Assembly: GCA_964388595.1 (NCBI GenBank)
Contig: CAYMAX010000002.1
Coordinates: 13,345-77,344 of the forward strand
DNA: 64,000 nt
Direction of reading: 5' to 3'
DNA from: an uncultured Muribaculaceae bacterium
GTDB lineage: Bacteria > Bacteroidota > Bacteroidia > Bacteroidales > UBA932
This document shows, piece by piece, positions 48,325-58,415 of the stretch (positions are counted from its first letter, which is position 1; every line of letters starts with the position of its first letter). The notes below the pieces were generated by a model. The model saw nothing but the letters and a program-made list of their open reading frames with translations. It ran no database searches and was not told where the DNA came from. Both the position numbers and the translations under genes were made by a program.

Positions 48325-49775
48325 GATTTGCTCTTCCTGTGAAAAAGGTCTGTAATGTGACTTTTTATCTCTGTGTATTCTTCACAGTGATAACATTTTT
48401 CATAGATAAGTATTATGATGGAGACACCCACGAACAATTGTAAAAGAAGAGTGTATAATGGTTTGAACTCCAAAAGGTTGATACACCATACAGGAACTGC
48501 CATAATGATGGCTATCAGCAGAAATGGGCATAAGTCCCTGACTTGTTGCCAGAGAGTATAATTCATCAATTTGCTGACATAATAAGCCTGGATGAGGTAA
48601 GATAACAAATAGGCTCCGACCATACCCCAAAGCATCAAGTCTATACTATAAAAACAGCCGAGCAAGATGGGTCCCACCAATAAGAGTATTTTATATATCT
48701 CAGTCTTTAAATTATAATCAGACCGGCCTGTGGCACTAAAGAGAGATGAAAAAATATAAAGAGTAGGGATAAAGAGGCCTGAAATGGATAATATTTGAAG
48801 ATAGGGAACTGCGGGCATCCATTTCTCTCCGATAAGCACCCATATAAGGGATTTGGAGATGGCGGCAAGACCGAGTACGGAAGTGAAAGTAATGAGAACT
48901 GTAGTTTTCATCAATTTGGCAAATGCTCTTCTTTGCCTCTCTCTCTCATCTTGTATAGTACTCAACACAGGATAACTAACTCTCTGCATTACCATCCCCA
49001 CAGCAGAAGTGACCATATTACGAAACTTGTCTGCTCTTGAATAATAACCCAGCTGAGTAGTATTATAGAACCTTCCTATTATCACAGAAGTGGCTTCGTT
49101 CCAAAAGTTACTGATTAAAGATGTAGCCAGCAACTTGCCTCCGAATGAAAACATCTCTTTAAAACTCCTGACAGAAAAAGAGAAAGAAGGTTTCCAAGAG
49201 GACAATATCCAAAACATAAGGGAAGAAACAAACATCCTCGAGAGCTGAAGGACCACCAGGCTCCACACGCCATAGCCTTTTAAAGCCATCACGATGCCTA
49301 CGGTACCACAAGTCAGGGATGATACCAGAGAGACAATTGTCTGGGTTTTGAAATCAATTTTTCTAAATAGAATGACTTTCTGAACAGCGGTAAAAGCAGA
49401 AATAATGATAGAAAGACTGAGTATTCTGATAACTGAGGATAGAATGGGGGTTTTAAAGAAAACAGCGATATATGGAGCAGTAAAAAAGAGAATAAGATAT
49501 AGCAGGATACTTATCAAAAGTTGAGTATAGAAAACAGTATTGAAATCATTCTGGTCCACATTCTTTTTTCTGATAAGGGCCCCTGAAAAACCGCCATCTG
49601 TCAGTGAAGTAGATAACGTAATAAAAAAGGCAGTCATCCCGACAATACCAAATTCTGAAGGAGATAAAATCCTGGCAAGGACGATATTTACTATTGCGAG
49701 AATGCCCGTACTCGATAAAGTATCAGCAAAACTCCAACCAATACCCTTAGCTGTCTTATCTTTAAGCTCGCTCAT
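48321..49775 (-). CDS. Polysaccharide/oligosaccharide flippase (Wzx-like, MOP superfamily)
   Basis: The 484-aa protein has about 12-14 predicted TM helices and the N-terminus ...KGIGWSFADTLSSTGILAIVNIVLARILSPSEFG typical of Polysacc_synt proteins. Confidence 0.75.
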   Translation of the reverse strand: MSELKDKTAKGIGWSFADTLSSTGILAIVNIVLARILSPSEFGIVGMTAFFITLSTSLTDGGFSGALIRKKNVDQNDFNTVFYTQLLISILLYLILFFTAPYIAVFFKTPILSSVIRILSLSIIISAFTAVQKVILFRKIDFKTQTIVSLVSSLTCGTVGIVMALKGYGVWSLVVLQLSRMFVSSLMFWILSSWKPSFSFSVRSFKEMFSFGGKLLATSLISNFWNEATSVIIGRFYNTTQLGYYSRADKFRNMVTSAVGMVMQRVSYPVLSTIQDERERQRRAFAKLMKTTVLITFTSVLGLAAISKSLIWVLIGEKWMPAVPYLQILSISGLFIPTLYIFSSLFSATGRSDYNLKTEIYKILLLVGPILLGCFYSIDLMLWGMVGAYLLSYLIQAYYVSKLMNYTLWQQVRDLCPFLLIAIIMAVPVWCINLLEFKPLYTLLLQLFVGVSIIILIYEKCYHCEEYTEIKSHITDLFHRKSKS

Positions 49776-50865
49776 GATTACTCAAAGTGCTTTGGTAAAT
49801 ATTGACCATAGTCTGAACATTTTGCCGCCAGTCATAAAGTTGTAACACCCTTTTTCTCCCCTCTTGGCCCATAGAATATCTAAGCGAAGGGTCATCTATC
49901 AATTTTTGGATGGCTGATGCCGCAGCATCAATATCACCCCGTGGCACTATCAAACCTGTGACTCCATCTTGAACCACTTCTGTAAAACCATCTGTATCAG
50001 ATACTACCAAAGGACATTCACAAGCCATTGCTTCCACTGCCACCACACCAAAACTTTCGCTGTGGGATAGGGCTACAAAGAGAGAAAATTTTTGATAACA
50101 TTCAGTGGCAAGCATATTATTATCCAACTCTCCTTTAAATTCGGTACATGAAGAGAGATTAAGCAGCCGAGCCAATTCTTCATATTCCGATCTATTGGGG
50201 CCATCACCTGCAATAATCAATTTAAGGTCCATCCCCCGATTATTGTCCTTCACCTTTTTGAAAACTTTAAGGAGAATGTCGATAGCATAGTTGGGAGAAA
50301 GAGTTTTGACAATACCTATCACGAATGGAATATCATTTCTTTTCTCTTTGGGAGGAGAAAAAATGGAAGTGTCCACTCCGAAAGGAGTGATAAGTATCTC
50401 TTTACCAGTATATTTACCCGCTTCGAGTGCCATGTGATGACTTGTAGAGAGTATAACATCTGCTTTTCTCAATATGTATCTGACCGATATCTTATTGATA
50501 AATGATTTTCGCGGAAAAACATAAACATCACTTCCCCACATAGATACTATAAGGGGGTGAAATCGACTTAATGCTGCCACCAACGCAAAGCTTGTGAGAT
50601 AATGGGCGTGCAAAATATCAGGTTTTTCTACCTTAATGATGTCTTTTAGAATATTGACAGCCTTTCTATGTCTGACGATAGAGTGAAAGATATTATGATA
50701 AGTAAACAGGTCGAAATAATAGGTCTTGATATTAATCTTATCAAAAAAGTCATCATTAGGGAGTTTAATGCTGTATAAAACGACATCTATTCCCCTGTCA
50801 GACAGAGAAGACACCCATCTTTTGGTATGAATGCTTTGCGCATCCGATAATATCAATACTTTCAT
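49762..50865 (-). CDS. Glycosyltransferase family 4 (GT-B, retaining type)
   Basis: It begins MKVLILSD...HTKRW and has the C-terminal E-x7-E region SESFGVVAVEAMACECPLVVSDTDGFTEVV. Confidence 0.85.
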   Translation of the reverse strand: MKVLILSDAQSIHTKRWVSSLSDRGIDVVLYSIKLPNDDFFDKINIKTYYFDLFTYHNIFHSIVRHRKAVNILKDIIKVEKPDILHAHYLTSFALVAALSRFHPLIVSMWGSDVYVFPRKSFINKISVRYILRKADVILSTSHHMALEAGKYTGKEILITPFGVDTSIFSPPKEKRNDIPFVIGIVKTLSPNYAIDILLKVFKKVKDNNRGMDLKLIIAGDGPNRSEYEELARLLNLSSCTEFKGELDNNMLATECYQKFSLFVALSHSESFGVVAVEAMACECPLVVSDTDGFTEVVQDGVTGLIVPRGDIDAAASAIQKLIDDPSLRYSMGQEGRKRVLQLYDWRQNVQTMVNIYQSTLSNHERA

Positions 50866-51752
50866 ACCTTGGATTTATAGGCCCTGATCAAACCTCTGCG
50901 AAGATATGGCGGACAGAAATTGCGATCGCTGGAAAAAATCATAAAACCTTGGCTGAACTCGCATTGAAAAGAGCGTTGTTCGAGATATTCTTTTAAAACA
51001 AAATGGTCATTGGCTCTATGATAAGTGGTCACCAATATTTTAAGATTATCAGATTTTCTAATGATATTCTCAGCACCTTTTAAACACAATAATTCAGCCC
51101 CTTCTACATCCATTTTAATAAAAGTGGGAAGGTATTTATCGTATTTGAAAAAAGTATCTAAAGAGATATTGAATGAATCATCTTTCTCCGACACATATTT
51201 TCTTATGATCACTACTTTGTCTTTCCATGGAGCAAAAGTATGTTCCATAGCTTCTATCCACTGGTCATCGTATTCGAAGCAATATATCTTGCTTACTTTA
51301 TCTACAAGGTCAAGTGACAATATTCCTTCTGCGCTTCCCACATCTACGAAAATATCTTTGTTTTGCGGTGTAAATTCATCCGTCAAATATCTGTGTGGTG
51401 ATTCGAGGTGTTGTTCGATTAATAACTCTGTATAAACTTTCTGAATACTTTTAACGGTCAATGAACGTTTGAAATAGAGTTTTTTACCATTATGAATGAC
51501 ATAATGCAAACCGCAGGAAAAGTCTTTTTTAACCTTTACATTTTTATAGTTAAAATCCTCTATGAATGGATATGGAAAAGCAACAAACTGGTGAGTGGTG
51601 AGGTAATCCAATGCCTGCTTCAAATCTTCGTCACATTTCTTATCCTTATAATATTCAATGATGGTCTTCCTTTTACTTTCAAGAATAGGTAATTCTTGCC
51701 TGTATTGAATAGTCATCCTAATCTTCTTATCTATCAGAGTAAATAAATCCAT
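50862..51752 (-). CDS. FkbM-family SAM-dependent methyltransferase
   Basis: It reads ...IFVDVGSAEGILSLDLV... (SAM-binding loop) and ...IKMDVEGAELLCLKGAE..., characteristic of FkbM-type methyltransferases. Confidence 0.6.
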   Translation of the reverse strand: MDLFTLIDKKIRMTIQYRQELPILESKRKTIIEYYKDKKCDEDLKQALDYLTTHQFVAFPYPFIEDFNYKNVKVKKDFSCGLHYVIHNGKKLYFKRSLTVKSIQKVYTELLIEQHLESPHRYLTDEFTPQNKDIFVDVGSAEGILSLDLVDKVSKIYCFEYDDQWIEAMEHTFAPWKDKVVIIRKYVSEKDDSFNISLDTFFKYDKYLPTFIKMDVEGAELLCLKGAENIIRKSDNLKILVTTYHRANDHFVLKEYLEQRSFQCEFSQGFMIFSSDRNFCPPYLRRGLIRAYKSKV

Positions 51753-51762
51753 TCAATTAAAA

Positions 51763-52791
51763 TTAAAATAGGCTGTTATCATCGTATTTACTAAGTCCCA
51801 AATGCTTATATGCAAGGTCTGTCACTTCTCTACCTCTGGGAGTACGATGAATAAATCCTTCCATGATAAGAAATGGCTCATAAACTTCTTCAATAGTACC
51901 AATATCCTCTCCAACAGCAGTGGCAATAGTACTTATCCCCACCGGTCCACCCTTAAACTTAGTAATAATGGTAGATAAAATCTTATTATCAATGGTATCA
52001 AGACCTCTTTTGTCGATGTTTAAGGCATTTAGGGCATACTTGGTAATCGTAAGGTCTATCTCCCCTGAACCTTTGACCTGTGCGAAATCCCTGACTCTTC
52101 TCAGTAATGAGTTGGCAATACGTGGAGTACCCCTACTGCGACAAGCTATCTCTTTAGCAGCCTGGTCATCTATGGAAATATTTAAAATACCAGCACTTCT
52201 CTTTAATATTTTTAAAAGTGTATCAGCTTCATAATATTCAAGATGTGACTGTATACCAAATCTTGCCCTCAATGGAGATGTTATGAGTCCACTGCGAGTA
52301 GTGGCACCTATGAGGGTAAAAGGATTGAGAGATATTTGTACAGACCTGGCACCGGGACCTTTATCTATCATAATATCTATGGTATAATCTTCCATAGCAG
52401 AATACAGATACTCTTCCACAATGGGGGAAAGTCTGTGAATCTCATCTATAAAAAGTACATCACCCTGTTCAAGAGAGGTCAGAAGACCGGCTAAATCACC
52501 CGGTTTATCAAGGATGGGTCCTGAAGTCACTTTCATATTCACCCCCAACTCTCTCGCCACAATATAAGCCAAAGTGGTCTTTCCGAGACCTGGAGGACCA
52601 TGAAGAAGAATATGATCAAGGGCTTCACCGCGCAACTTGGCAGCTTGGACAAAAACTTTAAGATTATCGATTATCTTATCTTGACCTGAGAAATTGTCAA
52701 AATCTTGTGGTCTTATCTTACCATCGAAATCATTATCTTTGCTGACACTTTCAATGCGGGGATCGAACTCAGTGTTTTCCTTTACAACCAT
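51763..52791 (-). CDS. ruvB: Holliday junction branch migration DNA helicase RuvB
   Basis: It reads ...[12 protein letters not shown]..., has Walker [10 protein letters not shown] and Walker [10 protein letters not shown], and continues ...[18 protein letters not shown].... Confidence 0.95.
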   Translation of the reverse strand: MVVKENTEFDPRIESVSKDNDFDGKIRPQDFDNFSGQDKIIDNLKVFVQAAKLRGEALDHILLHGPPGLGKTTLAYIVARELGVNMKVTSGPILDKPGDLAGLLTSLEQGDVLFIDEIHRLSPIVEEYLYSAMEDYTIDIMIDKGPGARSVQISLNPFTLIGATTRSGLITSPLRARFGIQSHLEYYEADTLLKILKRSAGILNISIDDQAAKEIACRSRGTPRIANSLLRRVRDFAQVKGSGEIDLTITKYALNALNIDKRGLDTIDNKILSTIITKFKGGPVGISTIATAVGEDIGTIEEVYEPFLIMEGFIHRTPRGREVTDLAYKHLGLSKYDDNSLF

Positions 52792-53049
52792 AATACAAAT
52801 ATATCTTATATTTTTAATATTTTAAATGATATTAATGATTAGTTGTTAATATGTCGATAAGTCATTAAAATCTCTCAGAATAATAATTATAAACACGATA
52901 CTATTAAGTTATTAACATATATTTTATTGATAAATAAAAGAAAATCAGATAGATATTTAAAATTTTAAATAATTGTTAATAATTTTGTCGCTTTACAAAC
53001 TCTCCAAAGAGGGTGTTGATAAAATTTGAAAAAATCGATAGAAAAAACT

Positions 53050-53078
53050 TGCTTACTTTTTTGGAAAAAAGATAAGCA
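53050..53078. repeat. AT-rich imperfect palindrome in the ruvB-mfd intergenic region
   Basis: The sequence tgctta-c-tttttt gg aaaaaa-ga-taagca has 12 pairing positions around a 2-nt centre with one small bulge. It lies about 75 nt upstream of the mfd ATG. Confidence 0.4.
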
Positions 53079-53151
53079 CGGCGTAATAAAAATATTCAGA
53101 AAGATTTTATAAAATTTTATTAAAAATTATAAACAGGTTTATTGTGGCGTT

Positions 53152-56100
53152 ATGAACAATGAAAAGTGGGAATTGTTAATAAAAAAAGAAAAGTATAAAG
53201 AGCTTTCGGATTGGTTGAATAATCCTAAGATGAAAAGTGTGTTGGTGGAAGGATTGTTCTCTTCAGCCAAAGCCTTTGCCATAGCATCTGTAGTGGAAAA
53301 GGGGATACATCTCGTGGTGCTGAATAATAGAGAAGAGGCATCAGCTTGTGTCAATGATTTGTATAATCTCATGGATGAAGAGAACATCTATTTTTTCCCT
53401 ACATCCCACGATGAGAATGTCAAAAGTACCATAAGAGATTCTTCCATGAAAGTTCAACGCACCGCTGCCATCGGGGCGGTGATGGACCATAATAAAAATA
53501 GATATAAAGGGGATTATGTGGTGCTGGTGGGATACAGGGAATCTATTAAAGAACAAGTAGCAAAAGAAAAGGAGATAGCCGGTAGCATCATCTCTATCAA
53601 AAAGGGTGAAAACATATCTTTCGAAACTCTTTCCGAACTGATGTTTTCTTTTGATTTTGAAAAGGTAGACTTTGTCTCACAGCCGGGGGAATTCGCCATA
53701 CGGGGAGGCATAATAGATATTTTCTCATACGGAGACAATTTACCATACAGAATAGATTTCTTTGGAGACGAAATAGAGGCGATTAAAGCTTTTGACATCA
53801 ATACACAACGCTCCACGCAAGAAGTCGACCAGCTCGTCGTATATCCCAACATCTCATCCATACAGACTGACACAGTATCATTTCTTCAATTTTTGCCAAA
53901 AGAGAGTTGTGTATGGCTTTCAGATGTGACCCTCGAAGAACCTATTGAGCAGAAGATAGTATATCTTTCTCCTCTCCACAAAGATATGGACTGTGATGTA
54001 AAACTGAAATTCAACACCACTCCACAACCTTCTTTCAATAAAAATTTTGAGATACTTGCCGATGACATCAAAGCCAAAAGGGAAGAGGGATACCGGGTCT
54101 ATATTATGAGTGAAAGTGTGAATCAGATAGAGAGGCTGAAGAGTATTTTTTCGTCCAACGGAATCACCCTTAATTATCTCTCATTTACCATTCACGAAGG
54201 ATTTATAGACCACGATTCCAAAGTCTGTCTATATACTGATCATCAGATATTTGAAAGATACCGCCGTATCAAGATAAAGAGGAGCGTGGAGAGGAGCGAA
54301 AGGCTTACCATCAATGATTTGAATTCTTTGAGAGAGGGAGATTACGTGGTGCACATAGACCACGGCGTGGGAGTCTTCGGGGGGCTTGTGAAAAACAAGA
54401 TAAACGGGCACGAACAGGAGGCTGTAAAGTTAATCTATAAAGACAATGATGTGCTCTTTGTGTCAATTCATGGTCTTCACAGAATTTCCAAATATCGTTC
54501 GGCAGATTCAGACGCACCGAGAATCAACAAACTCGGTACCGGTGCCTGGCAGAAAATGAAGGCACAAACCAAATCCAAAGTCAGGGACATAGCTGCAGAT
54601 TTGATAAAATTGTATGCTCAGAGGAGGATGTCCAAGGGATTTGCTTTCACCCCTGATTCGTATCTTCAGCAGGAATTGGAATCTTCTTTTATGTATGAAG
54701 AGACTCCCGACCAGCACAAAGCAGTACTTTCCGTCAAACAAGATATGGAAAAGGATTATCCTATGGACAGATTGGTGTGTGGGGATGTCGGTTTCGGGAA
54801 GACAGAAGTGGCGATACGTGCTGCTTTCAAAGCTGTGGCTGACAGTAAACAGGTGGCCGTAATGGTGCCGACTACCATCTTGGCCCTTCAACATTTCAAC
54901 ACTTTCACAGAGAGACTTAAAGGATTTCCCTGTACCATAGATTATCTATGCAGACTCCGTACTCCGAAAGAGAGCAAAGAGATAATAGAAAGAATAAAAA
55001 ATGGCTCAATAGATATAATAATCGGCACTCATCGATTACTCAATAAAGAGGTGATGTTTAAAGATTTGGGTTTATTGATAATAGATGAAGAGCAGAAATT
55101 CGGAGTGGCAGCCAAAGAGCGTCTCCGCCAACTTAAACTCAATGTAGACACCCTCACTCTGTCAGCAACTCCCATTCCACGCACGCTCCAATTTTCTCTG
55201 TTGGGAGCCAGGGACCTTTCCATTATCAACACTCCGCCCCCCAACAGATTGCCGATACAGACAGAAATAATCGATTTCAACGAAGATGTGATACGTGATG
55301 TCATTACTTATGAGATAGAAAGGGGAGGACAGATATTTTTCGTACACAACAAGATAGAAGACATTCTGAGTGTAGAAGATATTATCAAAAGACTTGTGCC
55401 GGCGATAAGGACTTGTGTGGCACATGGCCAGATGGAGCCAACATTGCTTGAAAAGAAGATATTGGGCTATATGGAGGGAGATTATGACATCCTCATCTCT
55501 ACCACTATTATTGAAAACGGCATAGATATTCCCAACACCAATACCATCATCATCAATCAGGCACAAAAGATAGGATTGAGCGATTTACACCAACTTAGAG
55601 GAAGAGTGGGAAGGTCCAATAGAAAAGCATTTTGTTATCTCATCGTTCCTACTATGACCGCCGTATCGGATGATGCGCGCCGAAGACTCAAAGCCATTGA
55701 GGCATTCTCAGACTTGGGCAGTGGCTTTAATATTGCCATGCAGGACCTTGATATCCGCGGTATGGGGAATATGCTTGGAGCAGAACAGAGTGGATATATT
55801 GCAGACATGGGATTTGAAACATACCAACGCATCTTGGCTGAGGCATTTGAAGAGATAAAAAATACAGGAGGTATGGAAGATGTGGTCCACGAAGGGGATA
55901 GTTATGTCACAGAGTGCACTATAGATACAGATATGGAACTGCTCATTCCTGATACTTACATAGATGTAACAGCAGAAAAAATACGTCTTTATAAAGAACT
56001 TGACTCCATCAGCGACGATGCTACTCTCGACAAATTTATCGATGAATTGGAAGACCGTTTCGGTCCCATCCCCGAAGAGGTTAGACAGCTCTCTTTCGTG

Positions 56101-56355
56101 GTACGCCTGAGAAAAATAGCCAAAGAAAAAGGATTTGAGAAGATAGTACTCAAAAATGAGACTATGGTGATGTACTTTGTCAGCAACCAGATGTCTCCAT
56201 ACTACAAGACCAAACAATTTGAAGAGATTATCCGAAACATCCAGCACAGAGACGGCAATCGCTTCCAACTCAAAGAGCACAATGACAAACTCTACATTAT
56301 GGCGCAGAAAGTTAGAACCATAGAGGGTGCTTTTAACTTAATCCAAAAAATGTAA
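53152..56355 (+). CDS. mfd: Transcription-repair coupling factor Mfd
   Basis: The 1067-aa protein has ...GDYVVHIDHGVGVFGG... (RNAP-interaction/TRG region context), helicase motif I GDVGFGKTEVA, DEEQKFG, ...LSATPIPRTL... and ...LHQLRGRVGRS.... Confidence 0.95.
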   Translation: MNNEKWELLIKKEKYKELSDWLNNPKMKSVLVEGLFSSAKAFAIASVVEKGIHLVVLNNREEASACVNDLYNLMDEENIYFFPTSHDENVKSTIRDSSMKVQRTAAIGAVMDHNKNRYKGDYVVLVGYRESIKEQVAKEKEIAGSIISIKKGENISFETLSELMFSFDFEKVDFVSQPGEFAIRGGIIDIFSYGDNLPYRIDFFGDEIEAIKAFDINTQRSTQEVDQLVVYPNISSIQTDTVSFLQFLPKESCVWLSDVTLEEPIEQKIVYLSPLHKDMDCDVKLKFNTTPQPSFNKNFEILADDIKAKREEGYRVYIMSESVNQIERLKSIFSSNGITLNYLSFTIHEGFIDHDSKVCLYTDHQIFERYRRIKIKRSVERSERLTINDLNSLREGDYVVHIDHGVGVFGGLVKNKINGHEQEAVKLIYKDNDVLFVSIHGLHRISKYRSADSDAPRINKLGTGAWQKMKAQTKSKVRDIAADLIKLYAQRRMSKGFAFTPDSYLQQELESSFMYEETPDQHKAVLSVKQDMEKDYPMDRLVCGDVGFGKTEVAIRAAFKAVADSKQVAVMVPTTILALQHFNTFTERLKGFPCTIDYLCRLRTPKESKEIIERIKNGSIDIIIGTHRLLNKEVMFKDLGLLIIDEEQKFGVAAKERLRQLKLNVDTLTLSATPIPRTLQFSLLGARDLSIINTPPPNRLPIQTEIIDFNEDVIRDVITYEIERGGQIFFVHNKIEDILSVEDIIKRLVPAIRTCVAHGQMEPTLLEKKILGYMEGDYDILISTTIIENGIDIPNTNTIIINQAQKIGLSDLHQLRGRVGRSNRKAFCYLIVPTMTAVSDDARRRLKAIEAFSDLGSGFNIAMQDLDIRGMGNMLGAEQSGYIADMGFETYQRILAEAFEEIKNTGGMEDVVHEGDSYVTECTIDTDMELLIPDTYIDVTAEKIRLYKELDSISDDATLDKFIDELEDRFGPIPEEVRQLSFVVRLRKIAKEKGFEKIVLKNETMVMYFVSNQMSPYYKTKQFEEIIRNIQHRDGNRFQLKEHNDKLYIMAQKVRTIEGAFNLIQKM

Positions 56356-56382
56356 TTATATTAGCGCACTTTTTCGAAAAAG

Positions 56383-57105
56383 GTGACAGACTTACTTTTA
56401 GATATCGGTAACAGCGCCGTTAAGATGGCGTTTTGGCAAGAGCAGTCGATGTTCGGAATCTCTCGATATGACCAAGAATTCACACTCGAATGGCTTGATG
56501 ATATTGTAGACGGAAAGACTATCGGGACCATAGCCATATCCAATGTCGGGAAACAGATAGAGGACATTCGTGAAGAACTTGGCCAAAGGTGCTCACGACT
56601 AATAATTCTCGATAATAATACCCCTCTGCCCATCACCAATTTATATCATACTTCCGAAACATTGGGCAGCGACAGGATAGCTTCAGTAGTGGCCGCACAT
56701 ACTCTTTTCCCGGACCATAATTGTATTGTTTTCGATTTTGGGACAGCGATTACCATAGATATCATTAATAAAAATGGTGATTATAAGGGTGGTAATATCT
56801 CCTTGGGTACTAATACGAGATTTAAAGCTATTCATCAGTATACCAAACGTTTACCTCTCATAGAAAAAGGAAATGCAACACTTGATATGGGTACTTCCAC
56901 TCAGGAGGCTATACTCAATGGTGTCATTTTAGGCATAATGTTTGAAGTTGAAGGGTATATACGGAATTATCCTAATCATCTGGTAGTTTTCACAGGTGGA
57001 GATGCTTTTTATTTTGCCAAAAAATTGAAAACTCCCATATTTGCAGTTTGTAATTTGGTTTTGATGGGTTTGGCCCGTATAGCAGAAATAGATGCAAACA
57101 AGTAA
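56383..57105 (+). CDS. coaX: Type III pantothenate kinase
   Basis: It has a GTG start. It reads ...LLLDIGNSAVKMA..., ...TLGSDRIA..., ...IVFDFGTAITID... and ...VVFTGGDA.... Confidence 0.9.
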   Translation: MTDLLLDIGNSAVKMAFWQEQSMFGISRYDQEFTLEWLDDIVDGKTIGTIAISNVGKQIEDIREELGQRCSRLIILDNNTPLPITNLYHTSETLGSDRIASVVAAHTLFPDHNCIVFDFGTAITIDIINKNGDYKGGNISLGTNTRFKAIHQYTKRLPLIEKGNATLDMGTSTQEAILNGVILGIMFEVEGYIRNYPNHLVVFTGGDAFYFAKKLKTPIFAVCNLVLMGLARIAEIDANK

Positions 57106-58402
57106 ATTTATAAAATGGTCGATGATTGTGTTGCTCCCATTGTGTCTCGGGTCCATACATCTTAATGCTCAAACCACAGATGCTCTCGGTGCCTATTCAC
57201 CATATTCCCTTTTCGGATTGGGACAATTGGAAAAGCCCGGGTCTGCCTATAACCTGTCAATGGGAGGGATAGGCATAGGATTGAGAGACAATAGATTTAT
57301 CAACTACACCAATCCCGCTGCCATCACTGCAAGAGATACACTTGCTTTTATGCTCGACTTCGGAATCGTTCAGAAAAATATTTACAATACAGACTTCAAA
57401 ACTACTTCCGCCTACAATGTCTTCAATATGCAAAATTTCGCCATTACAGTACCTATTTGGCGCAAATCTGCAATTGTGGTAGGGATAGTGCCCTTCAGCA
57501 ATACGGGATACAAATTCCAAAGTACCGAGACTGATCCCAATTTAGTCTCTACCATGGGCGACATTAAGTATCAAAAATATGGCACAGGGAGTCTGTATCA
57601 GCTCTTTTTCGGTGCTTCGATGGTATTTGCCAAACGTTTTTCCATAGGGGCTCAAATGCTTTATTATTTCGGGAACATCAACAGACGAAGTAACATACTT
57701 TTCAATTCTTCTTCCAGTTACAACACTATCTACACAGGATGGGAATACGGAGTACACAGTTTCTCAGGAAAGTTCGGACTTCAATATACCCAGCCATTCA
57801 AAAATGGCAATTCTCTTCTTACCATAGGTGTTACATATAGGCTGGGGAGCGATATGAGTGGAGATATTTTCAGATATGTATATTCTTCATCCTCTTCCGC
57901 CACAGACACCATAGCGCACGATCTTTACACCAATACCAAGCTCAGAATAGCCTCCGAAATGGGTGTCGGCATCTCCTATCGTCACAATGACAAATGGCTT
58001 TTGGGCTTTGATTATGTGCGGCAAAACTGGAAAAAGAGTACATTTGCAGAATACCCGGGAGAATTTAACTTTGACCCCGAAGTGAACCAGACCTATAAAG
58101 CGGGATTTGAAATTGTGCCAAACAGATATGACAGTCGTTATTATATGAAAAGAGTGACTTACAGAGCCGGAGCTTATTACGACATGTCATATATTAGCCT
58201 GAATGGTCACCAAATTAACTCATTTGGTATTACCTTTGGGGCTTCGTTTCCCATTTTCAGATGGTATAATGCCATCAGCGTAGCGGTAGATATAGGGCAG
58301 AGGGGATCGAAAAAATACAATCTCGTCAGAGAAAGATATGTCAACTTTATGGTTAATATCAATCTCCACGATGTGTGGTTCCAAAAATATAGATATGAAT
58401 AA
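57092..58402 (+). CDS. Hypothetical secreted/outer-membrane (porin-like) protein
   Basis: It has a signal peptide (...VLLPLCLGSIHLNAQ) and a Gly/Tyr-rich alternating pattern throughout. No family was recognised. Confidence 0.5.
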   Translation: MQTSKFIKWSMIVLLPLCLGSIHLNAQTTDALGAYSPYSLFGLGQLEKPGSAYNLSMGGIGIGLRDNRFINYTNPAAITARDTLAFMLDFGIVQKNIYNTDFKTTSAYNVFNMQNFAITVPIWRKSAIVVGIVPFSNTGYKFQSTETDPNLVSTMGDIKYQKYGTGSLYQLFFGASMVFAKRFSIGAQMLYYFGNINRRSNILFNSSSSYNTIYTGWEYGVHSFSGKFGLQYTQPFKNGNSLLTIGVTYRLGSDMSGDIFRYVYSSSSSATDTIAHDLYTNTKLRIASEMGVGISYRHNDKWLLGFDYVRQNWKKSTFAEYPGEFNFDPEVNQTYKAGFEIVPNRYDSRYYMKRVTYRAGAYYDMSYISLNGHQINSFGITFGASFPIFRWYNAISVAVDIGQRGSKKYNLVRERYVNFMVNINLHDVWFQKYRYE

Positions 58403-58415
58403 ACGTCACTATAAC

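Noticed and set aside
52792-53151. Possible chromosomal replication origin (long AT-rich spacer)
   Set aside because: I saw no cluster of DnaA-box-like 9-mers (TTATCCACA or close variants) by eye. There is no dnaA or dnaN nearby, and gene orientation alternates throughout the window with no visible strand switch centred here.
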